Assembly (NCBI GenBank): GCA_028534125.1
Contig: CM052817.1
Coordinates: 65,288,001 to 65,352,000 of the forward strand
Direction: 5' to 3'
Origin: Lama glama
Taxonomy: Eukaryota
DNA length: 64,000 nt
The notes under the pieces were generated by a model. The model saw only the letters and a list, made by a program, of their open reading frames with translations. It made no database searches and was not told the DNA's origin. Below, in pieces: positions 39,045 through 52,199 of the stretch; within the stretch, counting starts at the first letter, position 1, and each line of letters begins with the position of its first letter. Made by a program: the position numbers and the translations under genes.

Positions 39045-39715
39045 AGGACACTGGAGTCCGTCTGTCTAAATTTGAGTCCTGGCCCACACTCACATGGCAT
39101 ATGAGAATTTCAGTTTTATCATCTAAAAAATGAGGTTTATAGTATTCCATATTTATTGAGTGTTTTTGTATGCCAAGCACTTCTTCGGAAGCACTTGTAT
39201 ATTAACTTATATAATCAATAAATAACATTCGGAGCACTTGTATATAACTTATATAATCAATAAATAACCTCAGGATGTATTACTGTTATCTGTTTGGAGA
39301 TGACACAACTGCATCTCTGAGAGATTAAGTTGTTTGTTCACGATCATATATGTAATTAGAGGTCAAAGTGGGATTAGAACCCAGGCAGTGTGGCTCTAGA
39401 TCTGAATGATAACAGCTAACATTTTTTTACATATTCTATGCCAGGCACTGAACTAAGCACTCTGTATCCTTTGAGATAGAACCTATTTTAAGCCCATTTT
39501 TACAGATTAGAAAACTGAGCATGGAGAGGTGAAGTATCTTGCTCAAGCTGACACTACTAGTAAGTGTGGAGCCAGATCCACAAAGTCTGGCTCAAGTTTG
39601 TGCTGTCAACCTTCATGCTGAACTGTCTCAAAGGAATTTTTTTTGAGCAATAAGTGAGAAAATCCATGTGAAATACTTAGCATAACACTTAGCACAGAGA
39701 AAATGCTAAATAAAA
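39045..39715. mobile_element. Cluster of nested MIR elements (both orientations)
   Basis: A + MIR (ctggagtccg...cagttttatcatctaaaaaatgagg ... gtgaaatacttagcataac) encloses two reverse MIRs (gggattagaacccaggcag; cccatttttacagattagaaaactgag). Confidence 0.7.
39184..39268. repeat. ~43-bp tandem duplication
   Basis: ttcggaagcacttgtatattaacttatataatcaataaataac (39184-39226) / ttcggagcacttgtatataacttatataatcaataaataac (39228-39268). Confidence 0.95.
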
Positions 39716-42700
39716 ACTAATTAATTATGAATAACCAAGAAACCCTATAAATTGGCAAATATGTTGGAGATCCTTTAAGCATGGAGTGTTATCTAAGTAA
39801 ACCTTTTGTTATGTGTATTATTCTGGTACCTGTCCCCATTATTTGGTTTTATATGATTTCATTTATTCATTCATTCAGTTTGTCAATCTTGCCTCATGTT
39901 ACTTTTAATGTGCCAACACTGGACCAAGTGCTCTGGTTTGTGATATGTAGATACCTCTGAAAAAAGGCCAAAGATTTGTTGTACTGAGGTTAAAGATGCA
40001 CTAAACAACTTTTGTAAAAATTCCACATTAGGAGTCCAGCTTCTCTAACTAGCTAATTTCAATTGTTTGGAAGAAGTGTGTTCTGGGCTTAGGTGATGCT
40101 TACCAACACTGCCATTTAGCTCCTTCAGGCTAAGTTTTTGCACCTGTCTTGTAACATTTTCATAGGCATAACTTTGAAGTGCTGTATCTCTTAATTGGTA
40201 AGCTGTGTGCCAAAACTTCACAGCTTTTCACTTAATGTCTTGCTCACTGGTATTTCCTTAAATATTTTAAAAACACTGCCTCTATTTTGAATGCCACTGT
40301 GCTTCTGCTAAGGGGAGAGTCTGTAGAGCCTAAAAAAACACAGGCTTCAGAATCAGAAAATTAGTTCAAAGCCAATTCTCTTGGTTCTTTGACCTCTAGC
40401 ATGTTAGTTAACCATGTTGAACCTCAGTTTCCTCGTTTTGACTAGGGACAATCATTTCTACCCTGCAAGATTGCTGAGTGATTAAGCAATGAAAGGCAAA
40501 AACCTCCCAAACCTCCTTGCTCCTCTGAGACACTCTATTGTGCTGCATATTTATATTACATTATTATTATTTTAATGTCAAGAAAGTATAATTTTGTCTT
40601 TTTTAGCTTGAAGTCATCAATAGTCATATTTTTCTAAAATCCATTTGCTTCTGTATGAGTAAATCTTTTTTTTCTTCCAGTTTTTTAATAGTGATGGTAG
40701 TGATAGAAATGGAGTGATGCAATACAATTTTAGGCTGATGAGAACATATATTTCAGGGGAAATAAATTCGTACTGTTATGAGTACCAATACAGTAGACTA
40801 GATAGTATGACAAGGGGAAAAAGTAACCCAAGAAGAATTTTAACACAGTAAAAAGGGGAAAGGTAAGAATAAAATACAGGTTTCAAAACTGATATGAATA
40901 ACGAGAAGAAGCAAAACAATGCGAACCGCCTTGACTTTTATAAGCCAAGATTTGAAATGATAAAACAATTGAGTCTTAGAATTTGAGAGGCTCTTAAAAG
41001 CCAAAGGGAGTCCAGCAGCTGCCACAGGAATCCCATCCACAGCATCTCTGCTGGATGGTCACCCAGCATTTCTTTCTAGAGAAAAGGGGCTTTCGTCTTT
41101 GTGAAGAATTACAAGGCAGTTCTGATGGCTACAAAGTGCTCTTTTAGTCTGATTGAGATGCCCTTTCACAAAATCTACCATTCTTGGAAAAATCACGTAA
41201 TTGTTCTTATCTTTTATAGGAGAGTCCTTCAAATATTCAAAGAAAGGACTTCCTTCAAATTGAACGACCTCTCCTCTTCTTAATTGTTCTCTACTGGCTG
41301 CCAGTGTTTCCTTCAGAATGTAGAGCACAAAACAGACATGATTAACAACTGTTTTTCCATAACAGTTGTTGTTAAACTAGATCTATCCCCTAATGCCACA
41401 TGGATTATTTTTTTCACCTAACATGAGATTTTATTAATATCTGAATCAGAATTTAAACTGTGACCCAAATGATATGAAAGCTATGCTTTTCCTAGCACCC
41501 TGTTATTCCACTGTAACCTGCGTTCTAGGCACAGGAAACTGATTTTCTCCAAATACCCCGAGTTCCTCCCATTACCATAATTCTCCACAGACTATCACTT
41601 CTGCCTGTAGGGCTTTTACTCATTTCAGTGCTTGTAAATGTTAACCCAGTGACCATACTCAGCATGCCACCTTTTGCTCCTCAGGCCTGACCCTGCCACC
41701 CAAGACAGACAATTCTTTCTTAATGATCTCATGCAGCAGAGATAATGAACTTCTTCTGTTCATTGAGACGAAAATGGAGGCAAGAATCCAGGTTATTGTC
41801 ACTTTAGAATCAACTTGATTTATTTAAAATAATTTAAACTCACAAAGGAGTAATCATGTTAGGAATGCCTTTGAACCAAAAATATTTGATGCAAGTATTT
41901 TTGCAGAATTTATTTTTTTTTTAAATGGAGCTGGAACTATTTCAGAAACAGACGTTTAGAGGTCTTTAAGTAGCATATTTGATTCTTTAATTGGGAAATC
42001 CTATAAATCTCTCAAAATATTTTTGTTTTCCAAAAGTTTTCAGTACATTTCAAATTTATTTTTTATATAATAGAAACAGAAAATAGGTTAGTTTTAGTGT
42101 TAGGTGCTTCCGAACATTTTCAAGTAAGAAAATAATTTGAGAAGTGGATTTTTTTTTAACTTTTTAAAACATCAGGTAGCTTGCTTTTCATCAAGTATAT
42201 TTTATTGTATATTTTCTTAATGTATATTAATCACAGAAATGAGCATTTTACTTAACATTTAGCAGAAGCATTTACAAAATCTAGTATCTTATTTCTACTG
42301 AGAATTTCCCTGAGGATTTTCTTGTTTCTAAGTTTTAAGGACAGTAAGACTGCTTGATACCTAATGACCAAGAGGATTAATTTACATTACATTTAGAAAC
42401 ATAACCTCCCACATGTTACTACATCTGATGTGGCCAACAGTTTTAGCTTTTGCAAAAATAGCTTTATTTTCTTTACCTAATACCCACAAACCCTGCCTAG
42501 GGTTTTGTTTTTGTTTTTTAATCACCATTTTATTTTGAACAATGTTCCTGTGATTCTCCTTTTTCTCATTTATGATAATAGCATGATCTGCCTTAATTAA
42601 AGTCTGTTCCTGTCATTGTTTTTCGTTTTCTTAAGAATGTAAATCAATAAAGTCGGCAGAGTTCAAGGAAGAGGTCTTGGTGTAGTTGAATATCAGGAAA

Positions 42701-43325
42701 TTCAATATGTTTAATCACAGCATGTATTGAAGTAATGTGACAGAAGTCATTTAAAAATAGATAGCTGTTATAGTAATTTACTCTTCAACATGCACTCATC
42801 GGTCACAGGAGAGAATCAAAAGTTCTTTTGAAGCCCTTGAATTTCCTGTCCTTATTCTTAAAGTTGCTTTGAAATTTGAGAGAGAGAAGCATTGCAGCTG
42901 TTGGCCAAAGAGCTACCAAACAGGACGTATGTTTAAAGCAGAGAATGGTGCTAGATTCTTATTGAAAAGGACTGTGTGTCCTTTCATGAGCCTGACAGTG
43001 TCATAAATAACTCACAGCAGCAAAAAATGGAGATTGTTGAGTGACTTTTAGACTCAGGAAATTAGCAAATCAGAGAATCTTATTAATGAAGGAAGGGATC
43101 CTTTTTTTTGCATTTATTAAGAAGATTATCTGAGATCTTAACACAAATGCCTTCCAGACAGATGGTATAAAGCAGTGACTGGGTCAGGTGGGGACAGTGG
43201 CCTCCTGGAATGCATATACCCATCCACAGAAGAGGCTTCCATTCAGTGCCAGCAGCTTGTTACTCCTAGGGAATGCAGGCCTTGCACACAGCATAAGATT
43301 TCTTAAAAGAAGACAGAAATCCAGA

Positions 43326-43407
43326 TTTTTTTTTTAAAAATGCTTTACTGAAGTATGGTTGATTTACAATGTTGTGTTAGTTTCTGATGTACAGCAAAGT
43401 GATTCAG

Positions 43408-43442
<35 letters not shown>

Positions 43443-43515
43443 TGTGTACATATATATGTACATATATATATTCTTTTTCATATTCTTTTTCTATTATGGT
43501 TTATTACAGGATTTT
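43326..43515 (-). mobile_element. Short L1 3'UTR fragment with (TA)n expansion
   Basis: gaagtatggttgatttacaatgttgtgttagtttctgatgtacagcaaagtgattcagtta + (TA)15. Confidence 0.85.
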
Positions 43516-45849
43516 CCTGTGAAAGTTTCTGGGCCACTTTGTACAACTGCACAGATTGTGGGCGTGCAGCATGCACAGCATACGTAATATGCCTATTTGT
43601 GAACCAAACAAAAGATTACACAAGGGATAAATCGGTAGAGTGTTTTCAGCCTCTTGTTCAGACTGTTAGAAAATTCTTTTTGATAAACTGAGATCTGTTT
43701 TTCACTAGCTTTGTTTCCTTGGACCTTAATGTGGCATGAACAAATGAAATCTTTACACACACACACAAACACACACACACAACAGTGTTTCAAATATTTG
43801 AAACCTGTTGCCCTATTTCTTTACCTAAATTTAGGGGCAGATGAGCCAAAGACACAAATTGTTAGTCTATGAATGAATGATAGTGAATGTAGGCTGGTCT
43901 GTATGTTTCACTTCTGCTGCATCTCAGTGTTAACCATTGCTTTAACAAAGCGTTCTAGAAGCTTGCCTAAAATCAAATCTAGATGACTGACTGGTCTATT
44001 GTTTGGAAACTCTTTCCATCTCTGGCCTACCCAGTGAAGAGTTCCAACCGTCTGCCACCTGTGGGGGTCCTTCCTGCCAAGTCCCTGAACCCATGAGGGT
44101 ATGGCTGGCAGGGTATTTGGTGAATGGGATCCTAAAATAGTCTGTTGTGTCCACACCTGGTGTTGAGGGAATTTAGCCCCTTGGTGACTTTTTGAGCTTT
44201 AGACTATATCCTCTCTCACTAAGTCCCTCTGTGTGTGTGGCTGGTCTTTTTTAGACTAAAAAGGTCATGCTTAAAAACAAGTGGTACAAACTACATGCTG
44301 AGTTGGCACTGTGCACGGTTCCAAGCACTGCTGTGTGTGTATTAAATCACTAAATGCTCACAATAACTCTATGAAGTGTTAACCTTCCTTATTACAGACA
44401 GGGAAACAGAGCACAAGAAACCGAACCATGACCACACAATGAGTCAGGAATAAAGCAAGGATTCAAACTCAGCCATTTGGCTTCAGGATGTGTACATCTT
44501 CCTTCCTATAGCTATTCCTTCATAGATTGGAACTGGACTGTGAAAAATGCCCACTTTGGTGGAGACTGTGATCTCTCTGCCCTGTGTCTGGCCCACAGCC
44601 AGGTGTGCTTCACACCACCTCTGTATCTGCTCACAAAGATAGTGGCAGATGCTCTTGGGTGTCCATGCAGTGGCCAAGGAAGTCTTCTTGCTGACCTGCC
44701 CTGCTCTCCTATCTTCCTCAGTTAACTTCTAGGCTCTGAAGTCACCATCTACACTGATTGTACAATTTGATGTTTGTACTTGGTCCCCTCTACATTTGAA
44801 CCTTGACTCAATCTGACTTGACTTTCTAGCATTTAATTTCTCATTCTGGCCTGGCCTTACTGAACCTCAAACCAATGTGGGTTTACATTTGGTTTCTACA
44901 ACTTAATGGCTGTAAGATTTTGAACAAGTTAAATATCTCTTTGAGGTTAACCCCCTTAGCAAAATGGAGAAATTATACCTTACTTATTGAATGATGCATA
45001 TTAACAAGCAACATGTATAAAATGCCTAATACACTATATAACACAGTGTTCAAATGTTACTTCTTCTTATGATAATCATTATTGGGAAGTAGGAACTGAG
45101 TAATTCCCAACCAGGCCTTTAAAATCTCAGCTGAATTCTACTCTAAGCATCAGATAGTTGCCCAGGAGAAGATGGAAGTTCTTGTTGCAATTTTTGAATA
45201 GTTAGCAACTCCAAATTTAAAAAACTGGCCCTAAGATGTCCTTACCTATGAGAACAATTGATAAGATGTGAATTTATCAAAAATGATCAATCACAATGAT
45301 CATTTACAGTATATATGCAATGAAAGAACCATATAACAATTTTATTATTCATTCATTTATTTAAGCTATCATTTTATTTAAAAAATCCTGATAGGATTAT
45401 GTTTATGATTTTCTGATTCTTTTTCTTTCAGCTTTGTGCATAACCTGTCATCTGTCATGTGCTATCTGTTGGGAGTTCAAACAAATTCCACTTAAAAATA
45501 ATCTGTTTATTGCTTTTTCATCATTAAGGAAAATATTGAATGGTATAAAAAAGAAAATTAAAATTACCTATAATTGCATAAACCACAGATAAATGCAGAT
45601 AACACTTTGGTGTATATACTTCTAGTCTTTTTTCTTTGTAAATATGTAGTAAAGTAAATAGAGATATAGCAACAGGAAGTAGAGATAATAATTTCCAAAG
45701 CCATTAAATTATATATGAAAAACAGATTTCAAGTGCTAGTATATGAATCCATGCTATGGATATATATCTGTATCATAATTAATGTTACCTGAAAAAATTG
45801 CAATTTTTATTTCTATAAAATTAATATATTTAAAGGATATAGCCTTTTC

Positions 45850-46225
45850 TTTTTCCTTTCAGCATCTGAATCCCCCTTCTATGTTCAGGACCACACCCCC
45901 ACCCCCCCAACAGTGGAAGCTGAAAGATAACGTCAGATACTTAATTTCCCAGCCACCTTTGCAGCTGATATGGGCTCTTTTACACCTTGAGTAGAAGGGT
46001 AGAGGGTTGGAGAAGTGAGGCTGTGCAGAATTCATGTGCCGAGAAGGGTGGAAGCCAGTTTTCCGAAAGGGCAGTGGCAGTGGTGCCAGCAGCAGCCTCA
46101 GGGATACTTGCATGGAAGTCACTGAGTTAGAAAGTATGAACATTTCAAGTCTTCTTTATCTTTGATTAAATATCCCCTTAGACAGGCTAGTTTAACTTAC
46201 ATTCCTGTAGCCATAAACATACCCA
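45850..46225 (+). mobile_element. ERVL LTR33-like remnant
   Basis: gaagctgaaag...cagatacttaatttcccagccacctttgcagct...ggcagtggcagtggtgccagcagcagc. Confidence 0.5.
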
Positions 46226-46619
46226 ATCTTAGTTCTTTACTTCTGAAACATGTGCTTCCATTAAACACATTACCTCAAAAGCTATTGTTAAGTAGGGCAG
46301 TTTTATTGTTAAAGGTGCTGATATAATGTGAAATTTGGTTTGGGCATAAGCAGTTTCTCCACAGTGCCAACAAATAACACAAACTCAGGGCAAGTTATTT
46401 TAACACAGGAGAGGCAGCAAGCAACGAAAGCATACACTGCTGTGCTTAGGGCCCCTTCACCTCCTGGGCGTCCAAGGATCCACTTGGCCACGTGCTCTGT
46501 CCTGGAAGTGTGTAATGTTTGGTTCTTCCATGTTGGTTTATAATTTTTGTCCTTGTCTCCATGATTTGACAGTCTAATTCCTTACACACTTTTCATGAAG
46601 TTAGCTTTCACTTTTTTAT

Positions 46620-47570
46620 AATGGTAGAATCCTGTATTTACTGTAGTTTTCTTTAGTCTTATGGCTTTTTAGTTGTTTAATTAGGATTGTTGTGGTTTTT
46701 GTTAGCGCTCTGGTTACAATATTATACAGATTTCACGTGGCCTTTCCTAGTCCTGTTTTTTCTGTGAACTCTGTAATTTTTATTTTTATTTTTATTTTTT
46801 AATTACTTTTTAAAATTGAAGTATAGTCAGTTGACAATGTTGTGTCAATTTCTGGTGTATAGAATGTTTCAATCACATATATGTTCATTTTCATATTTTT
46901 CATTGTAGGTTAATACAAGTTATTGAATATAGTTCCCTCTGTAAATACACTGTAAACTCATAGTAATAAAGATAAACCAACTCATAATGGCAGCGCTGAA
47001 ATTCCAGAAATTTTCTTCCATAACAGCCTTGTTCATTATTCTTCTGGTTATACTTCTGAGGCTGCAAATCCCATAGTCTACATCAACATTCAACTGGACT
47101 TATTGTCATCTCTGCTTATTAAAGAGAAACCCAATATATTGCTCCCAGTCTGGGAGCAATAAGAAATAGTTGTTTTATGTTAATAACACTCCACTCTTTC
47201 CAATCATTTAAATGTTGGTAGATAGAACGATTTGAATGCACAGCAGTTTAGGTTGACTATCAGGAAGAACTAAAGCAATACTTTTCAGGGCTTTGCATCA
47301 AGAGCAACATTGAACTTTGGCTCTTGCAGTGCACACCAATATTTCTGTAACTCCAGCGGTAAAGTACTGTTCGTTCCCACAGAAACTGGCAGAGGCCATC
47401 TGGGTTGGTTCTGTGCACAATACGGTGTTATTTTGGGCCCCTTCACATTTGGAGAACTGATTATTAAAAAAGAGTTTTCTCACGGTCTGGTCGTTTTTCA
47501 TCATATGTAACATCATGAGTGGAGAAGTCCATGCAGAAGTTTGTAGACCTAGCACTGCCATTTACGGGTT
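46620..47570 (+). mobile_element. Ancient RTE-clade LINE reverse-transcriptase fossil (MamRTE1-like)
   Basis: Colinear decayed RT motifs across frameshifts: FTVVFFSLMAF (46637), ITALFIILLVILLRL (47020), IVYINIQLD (47073), LFYVNN (47170, at the LLYADD position), MLVDR (47212), AQQFRLTI/TKAILF (47238-47286), HLG (47397), TFGEL (47445). Confidence 0.6.
46777..46936 (-). mobile_element. Short L1 3'UTR fragment with TSD
   Basis: (TTTTTA)n tail, attgaagtatagtcagttgacaatgttgtg...attgaatatagttcc; TSD ctctgtaa at 46769-46776 and 46937-46944. Confidence 0.85.
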
Positions 47571-47920
47571 TATTCTTATGCCATTTTTAGTGAGTCAGGT
47601 CAGAATTTTCCAGCTGTTCTCTCCACCTACTACAAATACCCTAGCAAAGCCCTTTTCACTGGTAAACACTTCCTTTGTTTAATTATAGATACATGATATG
47701 TTAGTGAGACTTGTGTTTGGCATATCAGAATTATTCCACATGAGCCTGATAGCACTATACTGTAAGTTACCCTCTGAGACTAAGGCAGAGTTCAAACCAA
47801 CAGAAACTTTGATAATTTAGAATTTGAAAGATTCTTAGATTTCTCTCTTTTCCATCATTTCAACCAAACTTTTATTTCTTAGTTCCACCTTTCTACATTC
47901 ACCTTAAAAGGATTGGTTGT

Positions 47921-49282
47921 TGTAATGGATGCTACATCATAGTGCACCATCCATGTCTGGGACACATATCCCCCAGCTGCTGGAAGTGTCCGTGATTAAC
48001 ATATTTCCAGTGACCCCTCTTCATGCGAAGCAACCCTGCTTCATTGAGGCAGCCATTCCAATAAAAAAATCACAGTCCTCTGCTCAGTTTTCAGAGCTAA
48101 ACCAGTTTCCAGCCTAGAACCCATTTACTGAAGGAGAGGTAAAAATTCCTGGAGGAAAAATGCCAGCACTCCCATGACAAGTATATGCTGTAATGACTCC
48201 CCGCCTCAGTCTTTCCCCCAAAGTGACCTATAGCCATTTACTTGGGTAGTTGTACAACAAAAAATGGAAAATACATCATTTCAGGGTGTGTTGGATGTGA
48301 GTTCTGAATTGACAGTGATGACCTGGAACTAAAGCGTCATCATGGTCTCTAAGTAATAAATAGAGTCCTAGTCCAGATCCAGCTCACAGTGTATCTGTGG
48401 GACTCATGGATGCACCCAGTAGACATTTCCTTGGTCCCCAAATACATAATTCCAATGGACACACCTGGTAGTTTGCTGAATATATTGATGCTTTGACCTT
48501 TGGGGTAAGAACAACCATTATGGGAACAACCATGAGTATATGAACAAGTTCAACAACCCAAGGCCTAAGGACATGGTGACCAGGGGCTTAGATCTCTCAG
48601 TGATGGGGATTTGGGTCACCCACTAGCAAGTTAGCTGACCAGGAGAGGTGATAACAGAGGATGTGGGGAATCTAGAACGGTGGTCGACAAGGGAATGATG
48701 CTCTTTTGTAGCTTTCAGACCACCTGCAGTGGCAGGACTGTCATTTGTCCCACTCACCTTCCTCTGTCAGTTTCCCTGGGAAATGAGACCAGAGACCTGC
48801 AAGAGCTGGACCCAGAAGCTGGATCTGAGTGGTACAAGCGATGAGCTGGGGAAGGTGCTGCAATGTGCCACTCAGATCCCCTCTTTACACCTGAGGCCAG
48901 CATCTTCCAAACCATCGGGACTGTTGGTGGCTAACTGCTCACAGCCCCGTCAGCACCTCAGGAATTGCTTCAGCTGTAGAGTGCTGCCTCATCCAAAGTC
49001 ACACACACCTGTCCTCAGCAGCCTGTTTCTAATGCCTGGTCAGTGAGGGCAGGGATCAAGGTGAACCCTCTTGCCTCAGGGGAAATAACTCTGAAAGGCA
49101 TCCTAGCTCCAGAACTCCCTGAGAGATCAGGTGAGGCCCTTCTGTGAGACTGCATCATAGGTTCAACTCTCTCTTTCGCTCAGTCAGTTTTACTTCCTTC
49201 TCTCTTGCTGATCAAGGGGCGTTAACTTCCTGCTTGCAAATCTCCATCTCAGAGTCTATTCCGAGGAACTCCACCTAAAGCA
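47921..49282 (+). mobile_element. Degenerate ERVL provirus (LTR16 / ERV3-16-type): partial 5' LTR, protease remnant, 3' LTR
   Basis: Partial LTR16 47921-48060; protease-like PFTWVVVQ (48234), FQGVLDVSSELTVM (48279, decayed LDTG), VLVQIQLTV and HPVDISLVPKYIIPMDTPGS; full LTR16 ~48847-49282 ending cctaaagca. Confidence 0.75.
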
Positions 49283-49389
49283 TTTATTAAAGGAGAAGTG
49301 ATGCCAGATGGAAGATGTGAGGTCATCTTATCTTAGGGAAGCTTCCATAAGTTCTCTCATTCCCCATTCTGGGTGGTGATACCACCTTC

Positions 49390-49790
49390 TACATTAAACA
49401 ACAGCAGAAAACCCTGAATATCGGAAGTTTAGGGATACCCTCCTTTTTCTCTTCCTTATACTCAGCCACCAAAACCTGTTCATTTTCCCTTGTAATGGCT
49501 CTTGAACTAGTTACTACCATCATAACTTGTTTCTGATCTAGGTTAGTCTCTTCTCCCTTCCCAGCTAGGCCGTTTCAGTTGGTTCTTCACAAATCGTCTG
49601 CCTCCTGCCTCTTTATCACTCCTAAGCCATTCATTATATGCAATGTTTTCTGAATGATCTCCCCTAAATTCTACGTTATGATAGTACCTCACTGCTTACA
49701 AACATGAAACAACTCACCTGTGTAGAAATTGCATTTCTTAGTGTGACATCCCAAGGGCCTCCGCATTCTGGGCCATATCGACCTCCTTCC
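49390..49790 (+). mobile_element. L2 fragment
   Basis: ccaccaaaacctgttcattttccct...ctactgcttacaaac-like L2 3' region text. Confidence 0.5.
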
Positions 49791-50139
49791 GATCTGTGTA
49801 ACAAAATAGTTACTGAAAATTGACAAAGATAAAAATGCAAGTCTGCCTTCCAGTTGCTCAGAATGATTTCAAAACTTCTGCTGCAGCCACATTCTTTCTG
49901 TGTGCAGCACTCCCTTGAAAAAAAATCCTCTCACAACTATTGATCCTTTTAAAAATAAATAAAATATTGAAGTGCAAAGAAAAATACAGAAAATTATAAA
50001 ATAACTATGTACTAGATTTTAGCAGTTTTCAAACTTTATTTATCTTTAATTTTTTTTATCAATAATTCACTAGAGATGCCCCTGTGTTGCTTTTACAGAT
50101 CTCATTCCTTTTCCAAAAATTTTTATTTTTTCCTTTACT

Positions 50140-50670
50140 CATGCAAATATTTAAGGCAATATATTTCTTTTTATGAACAATCTTATCTGTATCCTAGATA
50201 TTTTGATATATAGCAATTTCATTATCATTAAATCCTAACTTTTTAAAATTATTTTGACCTATGGATTATTTAGAAGAATATTTGTATTTGTATGTTTGTA
50301 TTTAAATTTCCAAATGTATGGAGGATTTGTGGTTGTTTTCATGTTTTTGTTATTTATTTCACAGAATAGTCTTTGTTAATTTAGTATTTGCTATGTGTTA
50401 TAAAATGTGGTAAATTTAGGGATATGTTTCTTGTTGACATGGAAATAATGTAGTTATTAAGTTGGGGTTTTGCAGTGTTACGCATGGTTATCAAATACAT
50501 CATGTGTAGTGGCATTAAATCTTTCACTTAAATTATATTTTGGATTGATCTCTTGATTATTGAGAGAAGTATATTGACATCATTCACTATGATTGTAAAT
50601 TGTTCAACCTACTGTCTAATTTTATGAATATGCACTTAATATTTTGAAACTATGTTATTTGGTACATACA
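50140..50670 (-). mobile_element. Ancient L1 ORF2 fragment
   Basis: tttgacctatggattatttagaag...aatttccaaatg...attattgagagaagtatattgacatcattcactatgattgt. Confidence 0.65.
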
Positions 50671-50751
50671 CTGTAATCACAGGATAAAAGTCATTTGTTT
50701 AATGTACTTGATTTTTAACAACAAATGGCAGGCTCAGGTCTTAACACTAGC

Positions 50752-51180
50752 TGTTGAGAGACAATTCTCTGTGAGTTGCTTATGTCTCTGCATGTCTTAC
50801 AAGTGAGGAAGTGGTTGCCGTTTGATCTCAACTGTCTTTTCAAGGTTTGTATAGTGATCAAATATGGAAGATAAGTAGTGTCTTTTTCAGCAGCAAAGGG
50901 CAGGTATGCCCATTATAAAAGACTCAGATTCCCTAAACTCAGGGTTCCTCTCCTGTAACACAACGCCTAGGCATCCACTGGATCCAACACCTTTGCTCCT
51001 GTGGGCCTTGGAGGTGGTTAGGGGACTGATGATATGCTGGTGCTCATGCTGCTTAAGTAGTAAAATACTTTGTCTCTGTCCCAGGAGTCTTGCATCTTCT
51101 GCAAGTATCCATGATACTGTGGCAGCTACTATGTTACCTCTGAAGTTGGGTAAATCTCAGCCCCTTTAGAGGTCCCTATC
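50752..51180 (+). mobile_element. ERVL LTR40-like solo LTR
   Basis: tgttgagagacaattctc...gcaaagggcagg...cccattataaaaga...ctttgtctctgtcccaggagtcttg...gggtaaatctcag. Confidence 0.8.
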
Positions 51181-52199
51181 CCTCATGTTACAACTTGTCT
51201 GTGTTGTTGATGCTAATACTTCCTTCATAGTCCACAGTGCTACTATTATAGCAAGTTGCATTTGATTTATGTGGTAGCTACCAGAGCATTCTCTGAAACA
51301 CAGGAACAGTTGACTCAGTATCTTCATGCTATTGCTGATAGAACATTGCAAGATGATCTTTACACTGCCTCCAAATGGCTTTAGTCTGGATTTCAGCCTT
51401 GAGATAGGTTTATAAAAGTTCCCTCATTCTTTCCCAGAAAAGTCATACTTGAGCTATAATCTGGTTTTCAGTTTGAGATTTGATTTGTCTGCCTTTGCAT
51501 TTCTTTCAGCATGTTTGAGTAGATTGAAAAGTTATTTTTTAATATTTGCAAATCATTAACTAATATTATTATGTAAATAACTTGACCTAATTATCAGTTC
51601 TGGAAATAAGATAAAAACTTAGTTATCCAGATGGTCAGTTTCCTTAGTAGCCTCTTGCAAATAGTCTGCATTCTTCAGCATTCTCTGTCATAATTTCTCA
51701 CATATTGTGTGTTCAGGCAATAAACATCATTTTATATTATTCTCTGCAAAAGTAAATGTGTCACAAGATTAGTAATTTGTAGCCCATGGCCAAATGGTAA
51801 TGATTTTCACATTTTATGCTGTTTTTCATTATTTATTCCATGGTTTTCCTCTGTGGTGAGAATAATTGAATGCTGGCTGTAATAATTGTTACAGTTTACT
51901 CAAAGTATTTATACTAGGAAAAATTAGTGACCCAAATAAATTATCAGATTTTCATGTCTTTTAGAGCTAGTTTAGTGAAAATAGAGTTGTTGTAAGTACA
52001 GAAAATTCTTAGTTTGAACTTAGCTTAAATTTTTAAATAGACTTTAAAAATTTTTAAATATTTAATTTACTATTAAATTAGTAGGTACAGTACAAAAAGA
52101 GATTTATAAAAGACATCTAAAGCATAAGGAGTCAGGATTCAACAATATATGCATGGCTACCTCCAAATTTTAAAAAAGATGACTACTATCACCTTTTAT

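Noticed and set aside
41344..41370. Hairpin AACAACTGTT-7nt-AACAGTTGTT; similar 9-bp inverted repeats at 18183-18204 and 45281-45305
   Set aside because: Short AT-rich arms, expected by chance in 64 kb; too short for pre-miRNAs.
47205..47510. Apparent parvovirus NS1/Rep similarity (LVDRxI, LGWxxxxYG, NTVLFxGPxxxGxxII Walker-A-like)
   Set aside because: The matches sit in incompatible overlapping frames, need several large deletions and lack the Walker A lysine. An RTE reverse transcriptase explains the same region colinearly over a longer span. An HMM search with Parvo_NS1 versus RVT_1 would settle it.
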